DNA of 55,094 bases from a bacterium (GCA_030427295.1 JAUHWS010000002.1:1-55094); one strand, 5' to 3'. Numbered from the stretch's first letter, positions 9,490 to 19,394 are shown. Notes: generated from the sequence alone by a model not told the origin. A program made the numbers and translations.

Positions 9490-11184
9490 TTACACTTCAT
9501 TTCTAAAACTTTTTCGCCGGTTGTCGGCAATGTTCAAATAATTGTTGATTAACTCATTGTGCTCCCGGGCAAAACTGAGAGCATTGCCTGAATAAATTTT
9601 ACTATTGAGAACATCTAGCGGACTTCCGTATCGTGCGGCAAGATTCCACATTTCATCCCTGTTCACAGCTCTTTCTCTCGGTGTTTCACCAATGACTAGT
9701 TTTTCTAGATCATTTTTGCTTTGAATATCATGGTTTGGCCCCCGTGGTTTTTTGAATTTTGAGGGATAGAAATGTCCGGACAATCGATTCCAATTCCTCC
9801 ACGTTTCTGAGTTGATATACTGAGACCCTTGAGGGAGAACAAATTCTTCCACTCTAACCCCTTTTGGAAAACTGTACTTCGAAGCTATTTTCTCAAGTTC
9901 AGAAGCGTATTCTTCAACCACCTTTTCTCTTTGCTCTTTTAAGCCATTGAAGTACTTATCTATTGTCCGTTTTAGGTCTTCATAGGCGGCGTCTTTTTCT
10001 TTCTCAAGTCTTTCCCAACCTGTCCCCGTCTTGAGAGCCCTTTCGTAGTCTGAATATAAACGGTCAAACTCCCTCCATTTACCTTCAATCACTGGAATGT
10101 TATCCAGATCGTTTGTGAACCACGAAATGGTGTGAGTTTTGACCGTTCTGAGATCCTCTCTGATGCTTTTCTCATTCACGGCATCCCTGTAATAACGCTG
10201 TTCAATTCTTCGCTTGAAGGCATCCACGGCTGATTTAATTTTGACCCGTCGTCTAGCTTTTTCTTTGGTTTCGGCTGCTTTTTTTGCTTTTTCAGCGGCG
10301 GCGGGGTCTTGCTCAAATGGATTTAGACCCATTTTTTCAATGTCTTCGTTACTAATACCGGCTTTTTGGAAGGCTTTTCTCCAGCCATCGGTGGTTGTGG
10401 CGTCGAAGCGACCTTCGTTGAAAATGATCACATCGTCAATTTTTTCGTAAAAAAGATCTGTATCCAGCATGCCACTCATTTGAGCCTCATCGCTTTCGAC
10501 CACACCACGATACATTTCATAAAGCTTATCTTTACCAATGGCTCGCATGGCTTCCACTGCCTGCTCTTTATCGGCGTACTCGATGTGACCACTGAGGATG
10601 GAGTCTTTACTGGACTTGGCCTTTGTTTGACCTCCGGATTCATAAGCCAGCTCAGGGAGATCAACGTTCATGTAAAGGGCTAATGCTGTTAGGGTGTCAG
10701 GTCCTAAAATCCCATCAGCGTTTAGCTTGTGTTGAGCTACTTTAGTGAGTGTTTGATAGCCTTCAACACCCAAGTTTCGGAAGATCACTTTTTGGAGCGA
10801 GCGAACCAACTTGTCAGCTGGCATGCGCTCCCCCTCCTCTTCAAATAAATCACGGACCACATCTGCAAACTCACTTCCCCACGACTGCCAGGTGCTAAAG
10901 GAGTCTGGTGACCCAAAGTCTCCACGACCGGCTGCCTCAATGAAATCTTTGATTTCTTGTGTTTTGGGCTTTAATCGTTCGTAAAAGGCTTTGTCGATTT
11001 TTTCAAATTTGGTCCGCGCTTCCATTTCTTTCTCTTTTTCAGCTGGGGTCAGCTCCTTATCTTTGTCCTCTTCCGGTGTTTTTTTACCTCCCCCTCCCCC
11101 ACCCGAAGGACTTCGACGTGGACCGTGTCCAAACACCAAACGCGCTGGCTTAAAGGGGTCAAAAGGGGCTAAAAAATGAATCAT
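9490..11184 (-). CDS. Hypothetical protein with a putative peptidoglycan-binding (PG_binding_1-like) segment
   Basis: 564 aa. Gly-run and charged N-terminus. HKLNADGILGPDTLTALALYMN resembles the PG-binding repeat. Co-oriented with the downstream PP2C gene across an 18-bp gap. Confidence 0.5.
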   Translation of the reverse strand: MIHFLAPFDPFKPARLVFGHGPRRSPSGGGGGGKKTPEEDKDKELTPAEKEKEMEARTKFEKIDKAFYERLKPKTQEIKDFIEAAGRGDFGSPDSFSTWQSWGSEFADVVRDLFEEEGERMPADKLVRSLQKVIFRNLGVEGYQTLTKVAQHKLNADGILGPDTLTALALYMNVDLPELAYESGGQTKAKSSKDSILSGHIEYADKEQAVEAMRAIGKDKLYEMYRGVVESDEAQMSGMLDTDLFYEKIDDVIIFNEGRFDATTTDGWRKAFQKAGISNEDIEKMGLNPFEQDPAAAEKAKKAAETKEKARRRVKIKSAVDAFKRRIEQRYYRDAVNEKSIREDLRTVKTHTISWFTNDLDNIPVIEGKWREFDRLYSDYERALKTGTGWERLEKEKDAAYEDLKRTIDKYFNGLKEQREKVVEEYASELEKIASKYSFPKGVRVEEFVLPQGSQYINSETWRNWNRLSGHFYPSKFKKPRGPNHDIQSKNDLEKLVIGETPRERAVNRDEMWNLAARYGSPLDVLNSKIYSGNALSFAREHNELINNYLNIADNRRKSFRNEV

Positions 11185-11303
11185 TGCGTAATGCGCATTA
11201 AATTATCCTTTAATTATATCACTTTTCGGCTTGAAATGCAAACCCTATTGATAGAATCCACCCAGTAGATTGGTTATACTGATAACCTCCTAACCCCTTC
11301 CTT

Positions 11304-12350
11304 TTGATTGAACGCGACAATCAAATCACCAGCGAAAAAAGTACGGCTCAAGACAATAAACTAGACGTTGCCTTAAGGCCCAAGCGACTTGCTGACTACG
11401 TGGGCCAAAAAGATGTCACCATGAATTTGAATGTATCCATGCAAGCGGCTCAAAAAAGGCAAGAACCGCTTGAGCATCTGCTTTTTTATGGTCCTCCTGG
11501 ACTTGGAAAAACCACCCTGGCCAATATTGTGGCCAGTGAAATGGGGGTCAACATCAAAACCACCAGCGGTCCGGCCATCGAAAAACAAGGTGACTTAGCG
11601 TCTATTTTGACCAACTTGAAAGAAAATGACGTACTTTTTATCGATGAGATCCATCGCTTAAAAACTCAAATTGAAGAGATTTTGTACAGTGCTATGGAGG
11701 ATTATGCGTTGGACATTATTTTGGGCAAGGGACCTGCCGCCAAAAGCATGCGTCTAGACCTTCCACGTTTTACTTTGATTGGAGCTACGACCAAAATCGG
11801 TTCGCTTTCTGCGCCGCTTCGGGATCGCTTTGGACATATCCATAAATTAGACTTTTATTCGACGGAAGAAGTGAGCCAAATCCTCAAGCGCAATGCCCAC
11901 TTGCTCGACATGCAGGTTTCAGATGAGAGCTTGACGAAAATTGCTCAATCCTCTCGAAAAACCCCCCGCATCGCCAACCGCCTTCTTAAGCGCATTCGTG
12001 ATTTTGCCACCGTGGATGATATTCAAGGCATCGATCTGCCTTTTACCGAAAGTTGCCTCAAAACCATGGGCGTCGATTTACTAGGTCTTGATAAAACTGA
12101 CCGACAAATTCTGATCACCATCATTGAAAAATTTCAAGGAGGCCCTGTGGGAGTCAATGCCATCGCTGCAGCCGCCGCTGAGGATGCGGAAACCATCGAA
12201 GATTTGTATGAGCCTTATTTGCTCCAAATTGGCTTTCTTGACCGCACCAAACAAGGCCGCGTGGTCACCGAAAATGCGTATTTGCACTTGGACATTCAGA
12301 TGCCAGGAAAAAAGCAAACAAAGCAAATAAAATTGTTCGAGCAGGACTAG
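11304..12350 (+). CDS. ruvB: Holliday junction branch-migration helicase RuvB
   Basis: TTG start. Walker A GPPGLGKTTLA, Walker B/sensor FIDEIHRL, typical RuvB length. Confidence 0.95.
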   Translation: MIERDNQITSEKSTAQDNKLDVALRPKRLADYVGQKDVTMNLNVSMQAAQKRQEPLEHLLFYGPPGLGKTTLANIVASEMGVNIKTTSGPAIEKQGDLASILTNLKENDVLFIDEIHRLKTQIEEILYSAMEDYALDIILGKGPAAKSMRLDLPRFTLIGATTKIGSLSAPLRDRFGHIHKLDFYSTEEVSQILKRNAHLLDMQVSDESLTKIAQSSRKTPRIANRLLKRIRDFATVDDIQGIDLPFTESCLKTMGVDLLGLDKTDRQILITIIEKFQGGPVGVNAIAAAAAEDAETIEDLYEPYLLQIGFLDRTKQGRVVTENAYLHLDIQMPGKKQTKQIKLFEQD

Positions 12351-12411
12351 CGACTAGCGACTAGCGACTAAGTATTCTTAGTTGTTATTCGTTAGTCCTT
12401 AATCGTTAGTC
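12344..12411 (+). repeat. Heptamer-word hairpin between ruvB and dnaG (possible terminator or attenuator)
   Basis: The left arm has GACTAGC repeated four times. The right arm reads CTTAGTT GTTATTC GTTAGTC CTTAATC GTTAGTC. The arms pair with several G:U wobbles if read as plus-strand RNA. Confidence 0.7.
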
Positions 12412-12412
12412 A

Positions 12413-14161
12413 TTGAATCATTTAGACGAAATTCGGGCCAAGCTCAGCATTGAGGAGTTGGTGGGAGGTTACATCCAACTTAAAAAAGCGGGGCGGAATT
12501 TAAAGGGGCTTTGTCCGTTTCATAACGATAGCCGCCCCAGTTTCATGGTCAGTCCTGAAAAGGGCATTGCTTACTGCTTTTCCTGCAACACAGGGGGGGA
12601 TATTTTTAAATTTATCCAACTGACTGAGAAGGTTGACTTTCCCGAAGCAGTGAAAATTTTAGCGGACCGGGTTGGAGTTCGTTTACCCAGTTATAAACCG
12701 GAAGTACAAGATGAGAAACGCCGTATTTTAAAAGCAAACGAACTCACTTGCCACTTTTTTCAAGAACAACTAAAACAAACACCTGCCGCTCGGGCTTACT
12801 TTGAAGGACGAGGCCTTTCTGAGGAGACGTTGCAACGTTTCTCACTCGGCTTTTCACCTGATAGCTTTCACTACCTGAAAGATCACCTTAAAAATCAAGG
12901 TTTCAATGATCGCGAATTGTTAGTCGCTGGCCTTTTGAATCAACGTTCGATGGCCGATAACAATACCTACGACCGGTTTCGAGGCCGTTTAATGTTCCCC
13001 ATTCATGATCACCAAGGGAATGTGGTGGGTTTTGGGGGTCGTATCACGGGGGACGGCGAACCCAAATACCTCAACTCGCCGGACACGCCGGTTTATAATA
13101 AGAGTTATGTCCTTTATGGATTACATTTGGCCAAAGAAGCTATCAAACAAAACGATCTGGCCATCCTCACTGAAGGGTATATGGATGTGATTACAGCCCA
13201 TCAGGCGGGCAGTCAAAATGTGATTGCCACCTCGGGCACTGCCCTCACCACCGGCCAACTTCGACTCCTCAAACGCTACACTAAAAATGTGGCCTTGGCC
13301 TTTGATCAAGACCAGGCTGGCATGGAGGCGACCAAGCGAGCGGTGGAACTGGCCAAAGAAGCAGATTTAGAGGTCAAAATCATCATGATTCCGGACGGAA
13401 AGGATCCTGATGAATGCATCAAACACTCTAAGAATGCTTGGTTTAAGGCGATTGATGAGGCCATTCCCGTCATCGATTTTTATTTTTCAGTGGCTTTCAA
13501 TCAACATGACAAAGAGACGTTAGAAGGCCGTAAGGCCATTGCCGCTTTTCTACTTCCCATCATCAAACTCTACCCCACGAAATTAGAACAAAACGAGCAC
13601 TTGACCCGTTTGGCCTTTGAACTTAAAACCGATGTGAAGTTTTTGTGGGATGACATGCAGCAACTCCGCCCACAAAGAAATGTCCCGCCTACTGGAGCAA
13701 CACAAGTCGAAACCCCACCTGAGAAAAACCGATTTAGTCGCGAGGCATTTTTGTTGGGATTCATCTTCAATCACCCCGCCCACTACCCTTTGGTTCATCA
13801 GGATTTAATCGACATGACGCACTTTGATCCAGAATCCAAAAAAATTTACACAGCCCTCAAAAAGGTGTATGATGCCAGGGGTGTTTTGCAGGTCGATTTT
13901 TTAAACAGTGAATTAGAGGAAGACGCCCTTGAGCAGTTAAAAGTTTATGGTTTACTGGTTGAGCAGCGCTACAGTGATGTGAGTGACTCAATAGTCGAAA
14001 AAGAGATCCTCAGTCTCATTCGAAGCATCAACCTCAAGAACATTCGCGCAGCTCAAAAAGAATACGAATTTAAAATTCGCTCAGCCACCTCAACTGATGA
14101 GCGAAGTCAGCTTCTCCGTCGTTACAACGACATTCTCAAATTATCAAGCAAACTCACTTAA
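12413..14161 (+). CDS. dnaG: DNA primase
   Basis: TTG start. Zinc ribbon CPFHNDSRPSFMVSPEKGIAYCFSCNTGGD and TOPRIM motif EGYMDVI. Immediately upstream of rpoD. Confidence 0.95.
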   Translation: MNHLDEIRAKLSIEELVGGYIQLKKAGRNLKGLCPFHNDSRPSFMVSPEKGIAYCFSCNTGGDIFKFIQLTEKVDFPEAVKILADRVGVRLPSYKPEVQDEKRRILKANELTCHFFQEQLKQTPAARAYFEGRGLSEETLQRFSLGFSPDSFHYLKDHLKNQGFNDRELLVAGLLNQRSMADNNTYDRFRGRLMFPIHDHQGNVVGFGGRITGDGEPKYLNSPDTPVYNKSYVLYGLHLAKEAIKQNDLAILTEGYMDVITAHQAGSQNVIATSGTALTTGQLRLLKRYTKNVALAFDQDQAGMEATKRAVELAKEADLEVKIIMIPDGKDPDECIKHSKNAWFKAIDEAIPVIDFYFSVAFNQHDKETLEGRKAIAAFLLPIIKLYPTKLEQNEHLTRLAFELKTDVKFLWDDMQQLRPQRNVPPTGATQVETPPEKNRFSREAFLLGFIFNHPAHYPLVHQDLIDMTHFDPESKKIYTALKKVYDARGVLQVDFLNSELEEDALEQLKVYGLLVEQRYSDVSDSIVEKEILSLIRSINLKNIRAAQKEYEFKIRSATSTDERSQLLRRYNDILKLSSKLT

Positions 14162-14164
14162 GCT

Positions 14165-15406
14165 ATGGCTAAAAAGGTCCAGAAGAAGTTCATCGCACAA
14201 CCTTCCGATGAAACCCTGGCTAAATTCCCGCCTGGGATAAAACGATTGATTAAAAAAGGGCGAGAACAACGTTTTGTGACCCACCAAGAGCTACTAAAGG
14301 CCATGCCTGAGGTGGAAGAAGATGTGATCATGCTCGACGAGGTGTACACCTTGTTTTTGGATTTGGGCATTGAAATTATCGACGTTAAAAATGAATTGAT
14401 CTGGGGTAAGAATAAGAAAAAAAAGGGGAATAAAAAAGATGGTAATGACGAGGATGAATGGGTTGATTTAGATGAAGAGTTCCCTGATGAACCCGATGAG
14501 GACAAGGATAAGTCGGAGGAAACTGATGAAAAAGAGGTGGCTGATGAAAAAGCAGCCAAGAAAAGGGCTAACCTTAAGGAAATTGCCAATGACTCGGTTC
14601 GCATGTATCTGAGTGAAATTGGCCGTGTGGACCTTTTGACTGCAGATGAGGAAATTGATCTGGCCAACCGTATTGCCAAAGGCGATCCGGTGGCTAAACA
14701 GAAGTTGGCGGAAGCGAATCTACGTCTGGTTGTTTCTATTGCCAAGAAGTACATCGGACGTGGCCTTTCTTTCTTAGATTTGATTCAAGAAGGAAATATT
14801 GGACTCTTCCGTGCGGTGGAGAAATTTGATCCTACGCGCGGCTTCAAGTTCTCAACCTATGCGACCTGGTGGATCCGTCAGGCCATCACGCGTGCCATTG
14901 CTGACCAAGCCCGCACCATTCGGATTCCGGTTCACATGGTGGAAACGATCAATAAGCTCACTCACACGCAGCGTCGTCTACTTCAGGAGTTTGGTCGTGA
15001 ACCAACGGTGGAGGAACTGGCCTCCGAGATGGACATGGATGTGAAAAAGGTGCGTCATATTCTCAAGATTTCTCAAGACATTGTTTCACTCGAAGCTCCA
15101 GTCGGGGCAGAAGAAGACAGTAAGTTAGGTGATTTTATTGAGGATGATGATGCTATTTCTCCAAGTGATTCGACCAATCGTCAGATCATGAAGGAGAATA
15201 TTCACTATATGCTCCGCTATCTGACGCCTCGGGAGCAGAAGATCATTCGCATGCGCTTTGGTCTGGATGACGGCATTGGGCACACCTTAGAGGAAGTGGG
15301 TAAGGAGTTTGGGGTGACCCGTGAGCGTATTCGCCAGATTGAAGCTAAAATTCTACAGAAAATGCGGGATCATCCAACCAGTATTAAAATTAAAGATCGA
15401 TTCTAA
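14165..15406 (+). CDS. rpoD: Primary sigma-70 factor
   Basis: Region 2 [41 protein letters not shown] and region 4 [24 protein letters not shown], with an acidic N-terminal insert. Confidence 0.96.
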   Translation: MAKKVQKKFIAQPSDETLAKFPPGIKRLIKKGREQRFVTHQELLKAMPEVEEDVIMLDEVYTLFLDLGIEIIDVKNELIWGKNKKKKGNKKDGNDEDEWVDLDEEFPDEPDEDKDKSEETDEKEVADEKAAKKRANLKEIANDSVRMYLSEIGRVDLLTADEEIDLANRIAKGDPVAKQKLAEANLRLVVSIAKKYIGRGLSFLDLIQEGNIGLFRAVEKFDPTRGFKFSTYATWWIRQAITRAIADQARTIRIPVHMVETINKLTHTQRRLLQEFGREPTVEELASEMDMDVKKVRHILKISQDIVSLEAPVGAEEDSKLGDFIEDDDAISPSDSTNRQIMKENIHYMLRYLTPREQKIIRMRFGLDDGIGHTLEEVGKEFGVTRERIRQIEAKILQKMRDHPTSIKIKDRF

Positions 15407-15487
15407 AGTAGAACTAAGGACTATCAAATAAGGACTAAGTGAAAACAATGAAATAAGCAATAATTAATTAATAATAAGTAATCAAAT

Positions 15488-15976
15488 ATGGCAGACAACA
15501 ACAATTCAAAAGTGGTTCTAATCACCAAAGAGGGGTTGGATAAATTGAAAACTGAACTGAAGGAATTTCAGGGGGTTCGCCGAAAAGAAGTGGCTGAACG
15601 CCTTAAAGAAGCAATCGCCTATGGGGATCTTTCAGAAAATTCGGAATATGAAGAGGCAAAAAATGAACAAGCCTTTGTGGAGGGTCGTATCGTTGAGCTA
15701 GAACAGATGATCGCTAATGCCAAGATCATTTCTGATGCCAAATCAACTCAGGGCACGGTTCAGATTGGAACGACCGTGACCGTCCAAAATGTCACTGAAA
15801 ACGATGAGCCTGAAACTTACACCATTGTTGGTTCGACGGAAGCCGATCCCCTTGAGCATAAGATTTCAAATGAATCTCCTATTGGTTCAGCACTACTTGG
15901 AAAGGAAAAAAATGAAGTGGTGAAGGTGAAGGTACCCGCGGGAATTTTTGAATACAAGATTCTGAAAGTAAAATAG
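15488..15976 (+). CDS. greA: Transcription elongation factor GreA
   Basis: 162 aa. N-terminal coiled coil carrying GDLSENSEYEEAK. Confidence 0.93.
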   Translation: MADNNNSKVVLITKEGLDKLKTELKEFQGVRRKEVAERLKEAIAYGDLSENSEYEEAKNEQAFVEGRIVELEQMIANAKIISDAKSTQGTVQIGTTVTVQNVTENDEPETYTIVGSTEADPLEHKISNESPIGSALLGKEKNEVVKVKVPAGIFEYKILKVK

Positions 15977-15994
15977 TTAAAAACTAGCCATAAG

Positions 15995-16026
15995 CCATCT
16001 TTATTTGATTTTTAGATGGTTTTTTG
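15995..16026 (+). terminator. Weak stem-loop plus T-run after greA
   Basis: CCATCT (15995-16000) / AGATGG (16014-16019) followed by a T-run at 16020-16025. The stem is short and the loop large. Confidence 0.4.
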
Positions 16027-16032
16027 CTATAA
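16005..16032 (+). promoter_or_regulatory. Sigma-70-like promoter with extended -10 for the 129-aa gene
   Basis: TTGATT (16005-16010), 16-bp spacer, TGcTATAAT (-10 hexamer at 16027-16032), about 29 bp upstream of the ATG at 16061. Confidence 0.45.
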
Positions 16033-16060
16033 TTGGGGGATAACTTAGAATCCATTTTAA

Positions 16061-16450
16061 ATGGCGGACGATTCAACCATCACCGATGACCAGCAGCTTG
16101 TAATTCCTGATGACGTGGCCGAGAAGTTTACCGAGCTAGTTGAACTGATTCAGGGCAGCAAGAGCATGAATTTGGAGGAGCGTCAGTACTGGGTGGATGT
16201 CCTGCCTATCATGTCTCAAGAACAGCTGCAGAACTTGAGGACTATTTTGGAGAATGAAAAAAAGCAACTGTCTGAGGCGTCTAAAACCTATTCGGATGGT
16301 GTAAAGCAGGCGGAAGAGGAGGCTAAGCGAGCCTTTGATGAAGTCGCTTATTTAGAAAAAAAACGGGTGCGTGAAGAGGCTGAGGCCAAACATGAGGCAA
16401 AAGAAAAGCAAATGGAGGAGGATGTTTTGGCGGAGTTGGCTGAGCTTTAA
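16061..16450 (+). CDS. Small acidic coiled-coil protein, paralogue of the 23373-23621 product
   Basis: The motif MNLEERQYWVDVLPIMSQEQLQNLRTILENE is shared with FLDEQQKLNWSTMGMSLPTEQLEHVCQMIVEE. Confidence 0.6.
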   Translation: MADDSTITDDQQLVIPDDVAEKFTELVELIQGSKSMNLEERQYWVDVLPIMSQEQLQNLRTILENEKKQLSEASKTYSDGVKQAEEEAKRAFDEVAYLEKKRVREEAEAKHEAKEKQMEEDVLAELAEL

Positions 16451-16737
16451 ATAGGTGGTCAATTTGAATTTAAATGGGTTTTTATTTAGAATTTTGATAA
16501 CCATGCTGATTTCCCGGAAATTCAGGGTTCTGGGGAGAAACGCGCGGGTAAAACGATGAATAAAGGAAAAAAGATGGTTCCGCTTCGTGTTCTCCCCAGC
16601 GCTTTTTGGTTCGTTTTTGGCGTCAAAAATGAATGAAAAGAAAAAATAAACAAAAAAATCTTAATGGAGTGAGTTGGTGATTTAAGACATTAGGATAAAA
16701 GGTGGTCAAAGGAAACATAGCAGTCATAAATAATTAT

Positions 16738-16770
16738 TAAAAAAAAAGACCGCCCCTGTTTGGAACGGCC
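16738..16770 (-). terminator. Rho-independent terminator of the vWA lipoprotein gene
   Basis: On the minus strand, GGCCGTTCC-AAACA-GGGGCGGTC (9-bp stem with G:U pairs) followed by a run of about nine T. Confidence 0.65.
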
Positions 16771-16793
16771 TCTTTGAACCCCCCTGATTGACT

Positions 16794-18500
16794 CTATTTG
16801 ATCAATAATTGCATCAATTCGATTTCTTGGTTCAGCTCAGTGTCCCCAATTGCCTCCATTTCGGATTCAAAGTAGCTCATGAAATCTTGAATGCGAGACT
16901 GGTAGCTTTCGGGAACTCGTAATTCGAGTGAACTGCGTTCCCAACTACTATCATCAACAATAGGAGGTAAACTCGTCAATTCAACCTCGTCCCATTCGGT
17001 GAAAATTGCCTCGTCGGGAATATTTTGGCTTCTAGCATCGATCGTCCAGTGCTTCATCAAATTGACATAGCGTGCGAGTAAAATCCCCTTTCGAATGCCA
17101 TCATTGTCATACTGCTCCTCGGATTCTTTGGGCAACTGAATCGTGACGGTGTCTCCGCCAACTTCACCGGATCGGTTTTTATATGAGGTACGGAGCGTGA
17201 CATCCTGATCATCCCCTGTCGACTTTAATTTGAGGATCACGATCCCCCCTCGGGTTTCTCCTTCTTTTTGTTTGGAGGGGAACAAGGTGTTCACTTTCAT
17301 GATTTCACCAGTGGAACGGTCGGCTTCGGGTGAGCCGTAGACGGTTTCGATTTCAAAACCTTCCGATTCGAGATTCAAGGCCAGATCAAACACGAGGGGG
17401 GTGACCATGTATTCAAATTCGTCATCCATGCGCGTTTTAAAATCTTCAGCCGAATGGACGGCATAATAATTAGCCCCTCGCACCTTACTGATAGCCTCCA
17501 CAAGTTCGGTGTTAAAATCCACGCCAATGCCGATGAAGCTGGTGAAGATGCCTTGGTCGGCATTTTGGTCTACCATTCCCAGCAATCCTATTTCACTCGT
17601 GGCTCCTTGATTGGGCATGGCATCGGTCAAAAAAATGATGCGATTTTCATATTCATTAGGATTGGCTTCAGATAATCCGTCAAAGAGTTCAGTTCCTTTT
17701 TGCAGACCGGCTTCCATATTGGTCCCCCCTTGCTCTTTGAGTTCTAAAACATGATTCTTGATGGACTCCATGTCTGTTTCGCCCACCACACTGAGTGGTT
17801 TAGCGAGATAAGCTGAATCATCAAAGACCACCATCCCAAATCGATCCTCTGCATTGAGATGGCCGAGCAAGTCAACGACGGATTCGTTGGCTAGTTCCAT
17901 TTTAGATTTGGGAGACGGAGCCTCTAGTTCATTTTGTTCAAATAAAGGAATTTCAGCAGAGCCATCGTAGTAGTATTCATCAAATGGGGATCCCATCGAA
18001 CCACTGATGTCCAGGACCACGACGAGATTGAGTTTTTTGCGTTCAAAGTCTGCTTCGTTTAGGTTGGAATTGAGGCCTACTTGAAGGTAGTGTTCCAGCT
18101 CTCCTGAGAAGGGATCTTCTGAGGCTGCGTAGCTGTAAGAAGGGCAAAAAAGTTCATCGCAGGCTTCTTGTTGACCGGTATCGAAGTAGTAATCATAAAA
18201 AACTCCCTCGTGGGTGATATCGCTCGGGAGAGGCAAGTAGCCCTTTTTGATATTTTCTCTGAAGTTGGCAATGTCTTTGGCACCGCCGGTGGAAAAGCCA
18301 AGGGCGGCACTACTTGGGGCTACCGCTGTATCAAAAGCAGCTTCGCTTTGAACGGCCATTTCCATGTCTTCCTCTAAATAATTGTATTCAAAGGCCCAGT
18401 CGTCTTTTTTTGTTAATAAGGGGTGAGAACTGCACCCACTCATGATAATGAGGGCAACGGCCATTAAAATCGCGAGTCTTTTTTTCGTGTCTTTATTCAT
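16794..18500 (-). CDS. von Willebrand factor A domain lipoprotein (YfbK-like)
   Basis: Lipobox IIMSGC. MIDAS motif VVVLDISGSMG. 568 aa. Confidence 0.8.
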   Translation of the reverse strand: MNKDTKKRLAILMAVALIIMSGCSSHPLLTKKDDWAFEYNYLEEDMEMAVQSEAAFDTAVAPSSAALGFSTGGAKDIANFRENIKKGYLPLPSDITHEGVFYDYYFDTGQQEACDELFCPSYSYAASEDPFSGELEHYLQVGLNSNLNEADFERKKLNLVVVLDISGSMGSPFDEYYYDGSAEIPLFEQNELEAPSPKSKMELANESVVDLLGHLNAEDRFGMVVFDDSAYLAKPLSVVGETDMESIKNHVLELKEQGGTNMEAGLQKGTELFDGLSEANPNEYENRIIFLTDAMPNQGATSEIGLLGMVDQNADQGIFTSFIGIGVDFNTELVEAISKVRGANYYAVHSAEDFKTRMDDEFEYMVTPLVFDLALNLESEGFEIETVYGSPEADRSTGEIMKVNTLFPSKQKEGETRGGIVILKLKSTGDDQDVTLRTSYKNRSGEVGGDTVTIQLPKESEEQYDNDGIRKGILLARYVNLMKHWTIDARSQNIPDEAIFTEWDEVELTSLPPIVDDSSWERSSLELRVPESYQSRIQDFMSYFESEMEAIGDTELNQEIELMQLLIK

Positions 18501-18573
18501 AATGCTTGGTTTAAAAAATAGTCATGATGGTATACGAGCCATAATGAAAAAGGTAACAGTTTCATTTGATGGG

Positions 18574-18848
18574 GGGAGGTATATACCTATCCTCTTCCCG
18601 ACTATATACCTATGTCTTAATTCATTCCAATTCATTCCAATACTCACCAATTCATTCCAAACAAATCCTAAACTTGAATTTCTAATGTCCAAATGATTTA
18701 TAATTTGTTTTATTTAAGCTATTTTATTTCAAATAATGTTTAAAAATTAGACATTCGGAATTCAGCTTTATTTGGATATTGCGACATTGGAAATTGGTCA
18801 TTGAGAAAAGTATATACCCACCTCAACCCAAAGTATATACCAATCCCA
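18574..18848 (+). repeat. GTATATAC-dyad composite element, copy C
   Basis: Units at 18579-18586, 18602-18609 (CTATATAC), 18810-18817 and 18833-18840 (2+2, 23-bp phasing). The spacer begins with AATTCATTCC repeated three times and has partially complementary TTGGAAATTGG words at its far end. Confidence 0.85.
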
Positions 18849-18923
18849 CTCTAAAATATAAAACGTGATGTTTACGAAACCATCATAAGATGGTAGTATT
18901 TTTTATTAATAATTGCAATCAAA

Positions 18924-19394
18924 ATGAAGCTTGATGGTCAGGGGATCCCCCCAACCCCCTTTGTAAAAGGGGTGGCTAATGAAAGATACAAAAAGTTCAA
19001 CCCAGGAATGCTTAAATTACCGATTAACATAAACAATATTGAAAAAGCGAGCAAGCTTCGCAAAAATATGACCGAACCTGAGAGAAGAGTTTGGAATAAA
19101 TTGTTATCAAAGAGTAAGCTAGAGCAATTAAGATTTTTGAAACAAAGGCCTGTTGGACATTATATTGTGGACTTTTTTTGCAGCAAACTCCTTTTGGCAA
19201 TTGAAATAGATGGTAATTCCCACTTTACAAAAGAAGGGGTTGAATATGACAAGCAAAGAACTCACTATTTATCACTATATGGAATAAAAGTTATCCGGTA
19301 CACAAATAAAGAAGTAATGGAAAATATTGAGGGTGTTTTTATTGATTTAAAAGAACAGATTAAAAAAAGAAAAAATGAATTGAAAATGAATTAA
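18924..19394 (+). CDS. DUF559 (Vsr/endonuclease-fold) domain protein. The true start may be the internal Met near 19008.
   Basis: MTEPERRVWNKL...VDFFC...IEIDGNSH...D..R...L...G..VIRY matches the DUF559 pattern. The first ~17 codons read through a G/C-run repeat. Confidence 0.8.
   Translation: MKLDGQGIPPTPFVKGVANERYKKFNPGMLKLPININNIEKASKLRKNMTEPERRVWNKLLSKSKLEQLRFLKQRPVGHYIVDFFCSKLLLAIEIDGNSHFTKEGVEYDKQRTHYLSLYGIKVIRYTNKEVMENIEGVFIDLKEQIKKRKNELKMN

Noticed and set aside
14158-14754. 198-aa ORF antisense to rpoD
   Set aside because: It is a low-complexity Ser/Phe/Leu-rich translation of the complement of the acidic N-terminal region of rpoD and lies fully inside a confidently identified gene.
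16794-18500. The vWA protein as part of a defence or MoxR-type system
   Set aside because: No AAA+ (MoxR), kinase/phosphatase or other partner gene is adjacent. The lipobox and domain order fit an ordinary YfbK-like surface lipoprotein.
18442-18696. 84-aa ORF running through dyad element C
   Set aside because: It starts inside the vWA gene on the opposite strand and simply translates the repeat units and the AATTCATTCC words.
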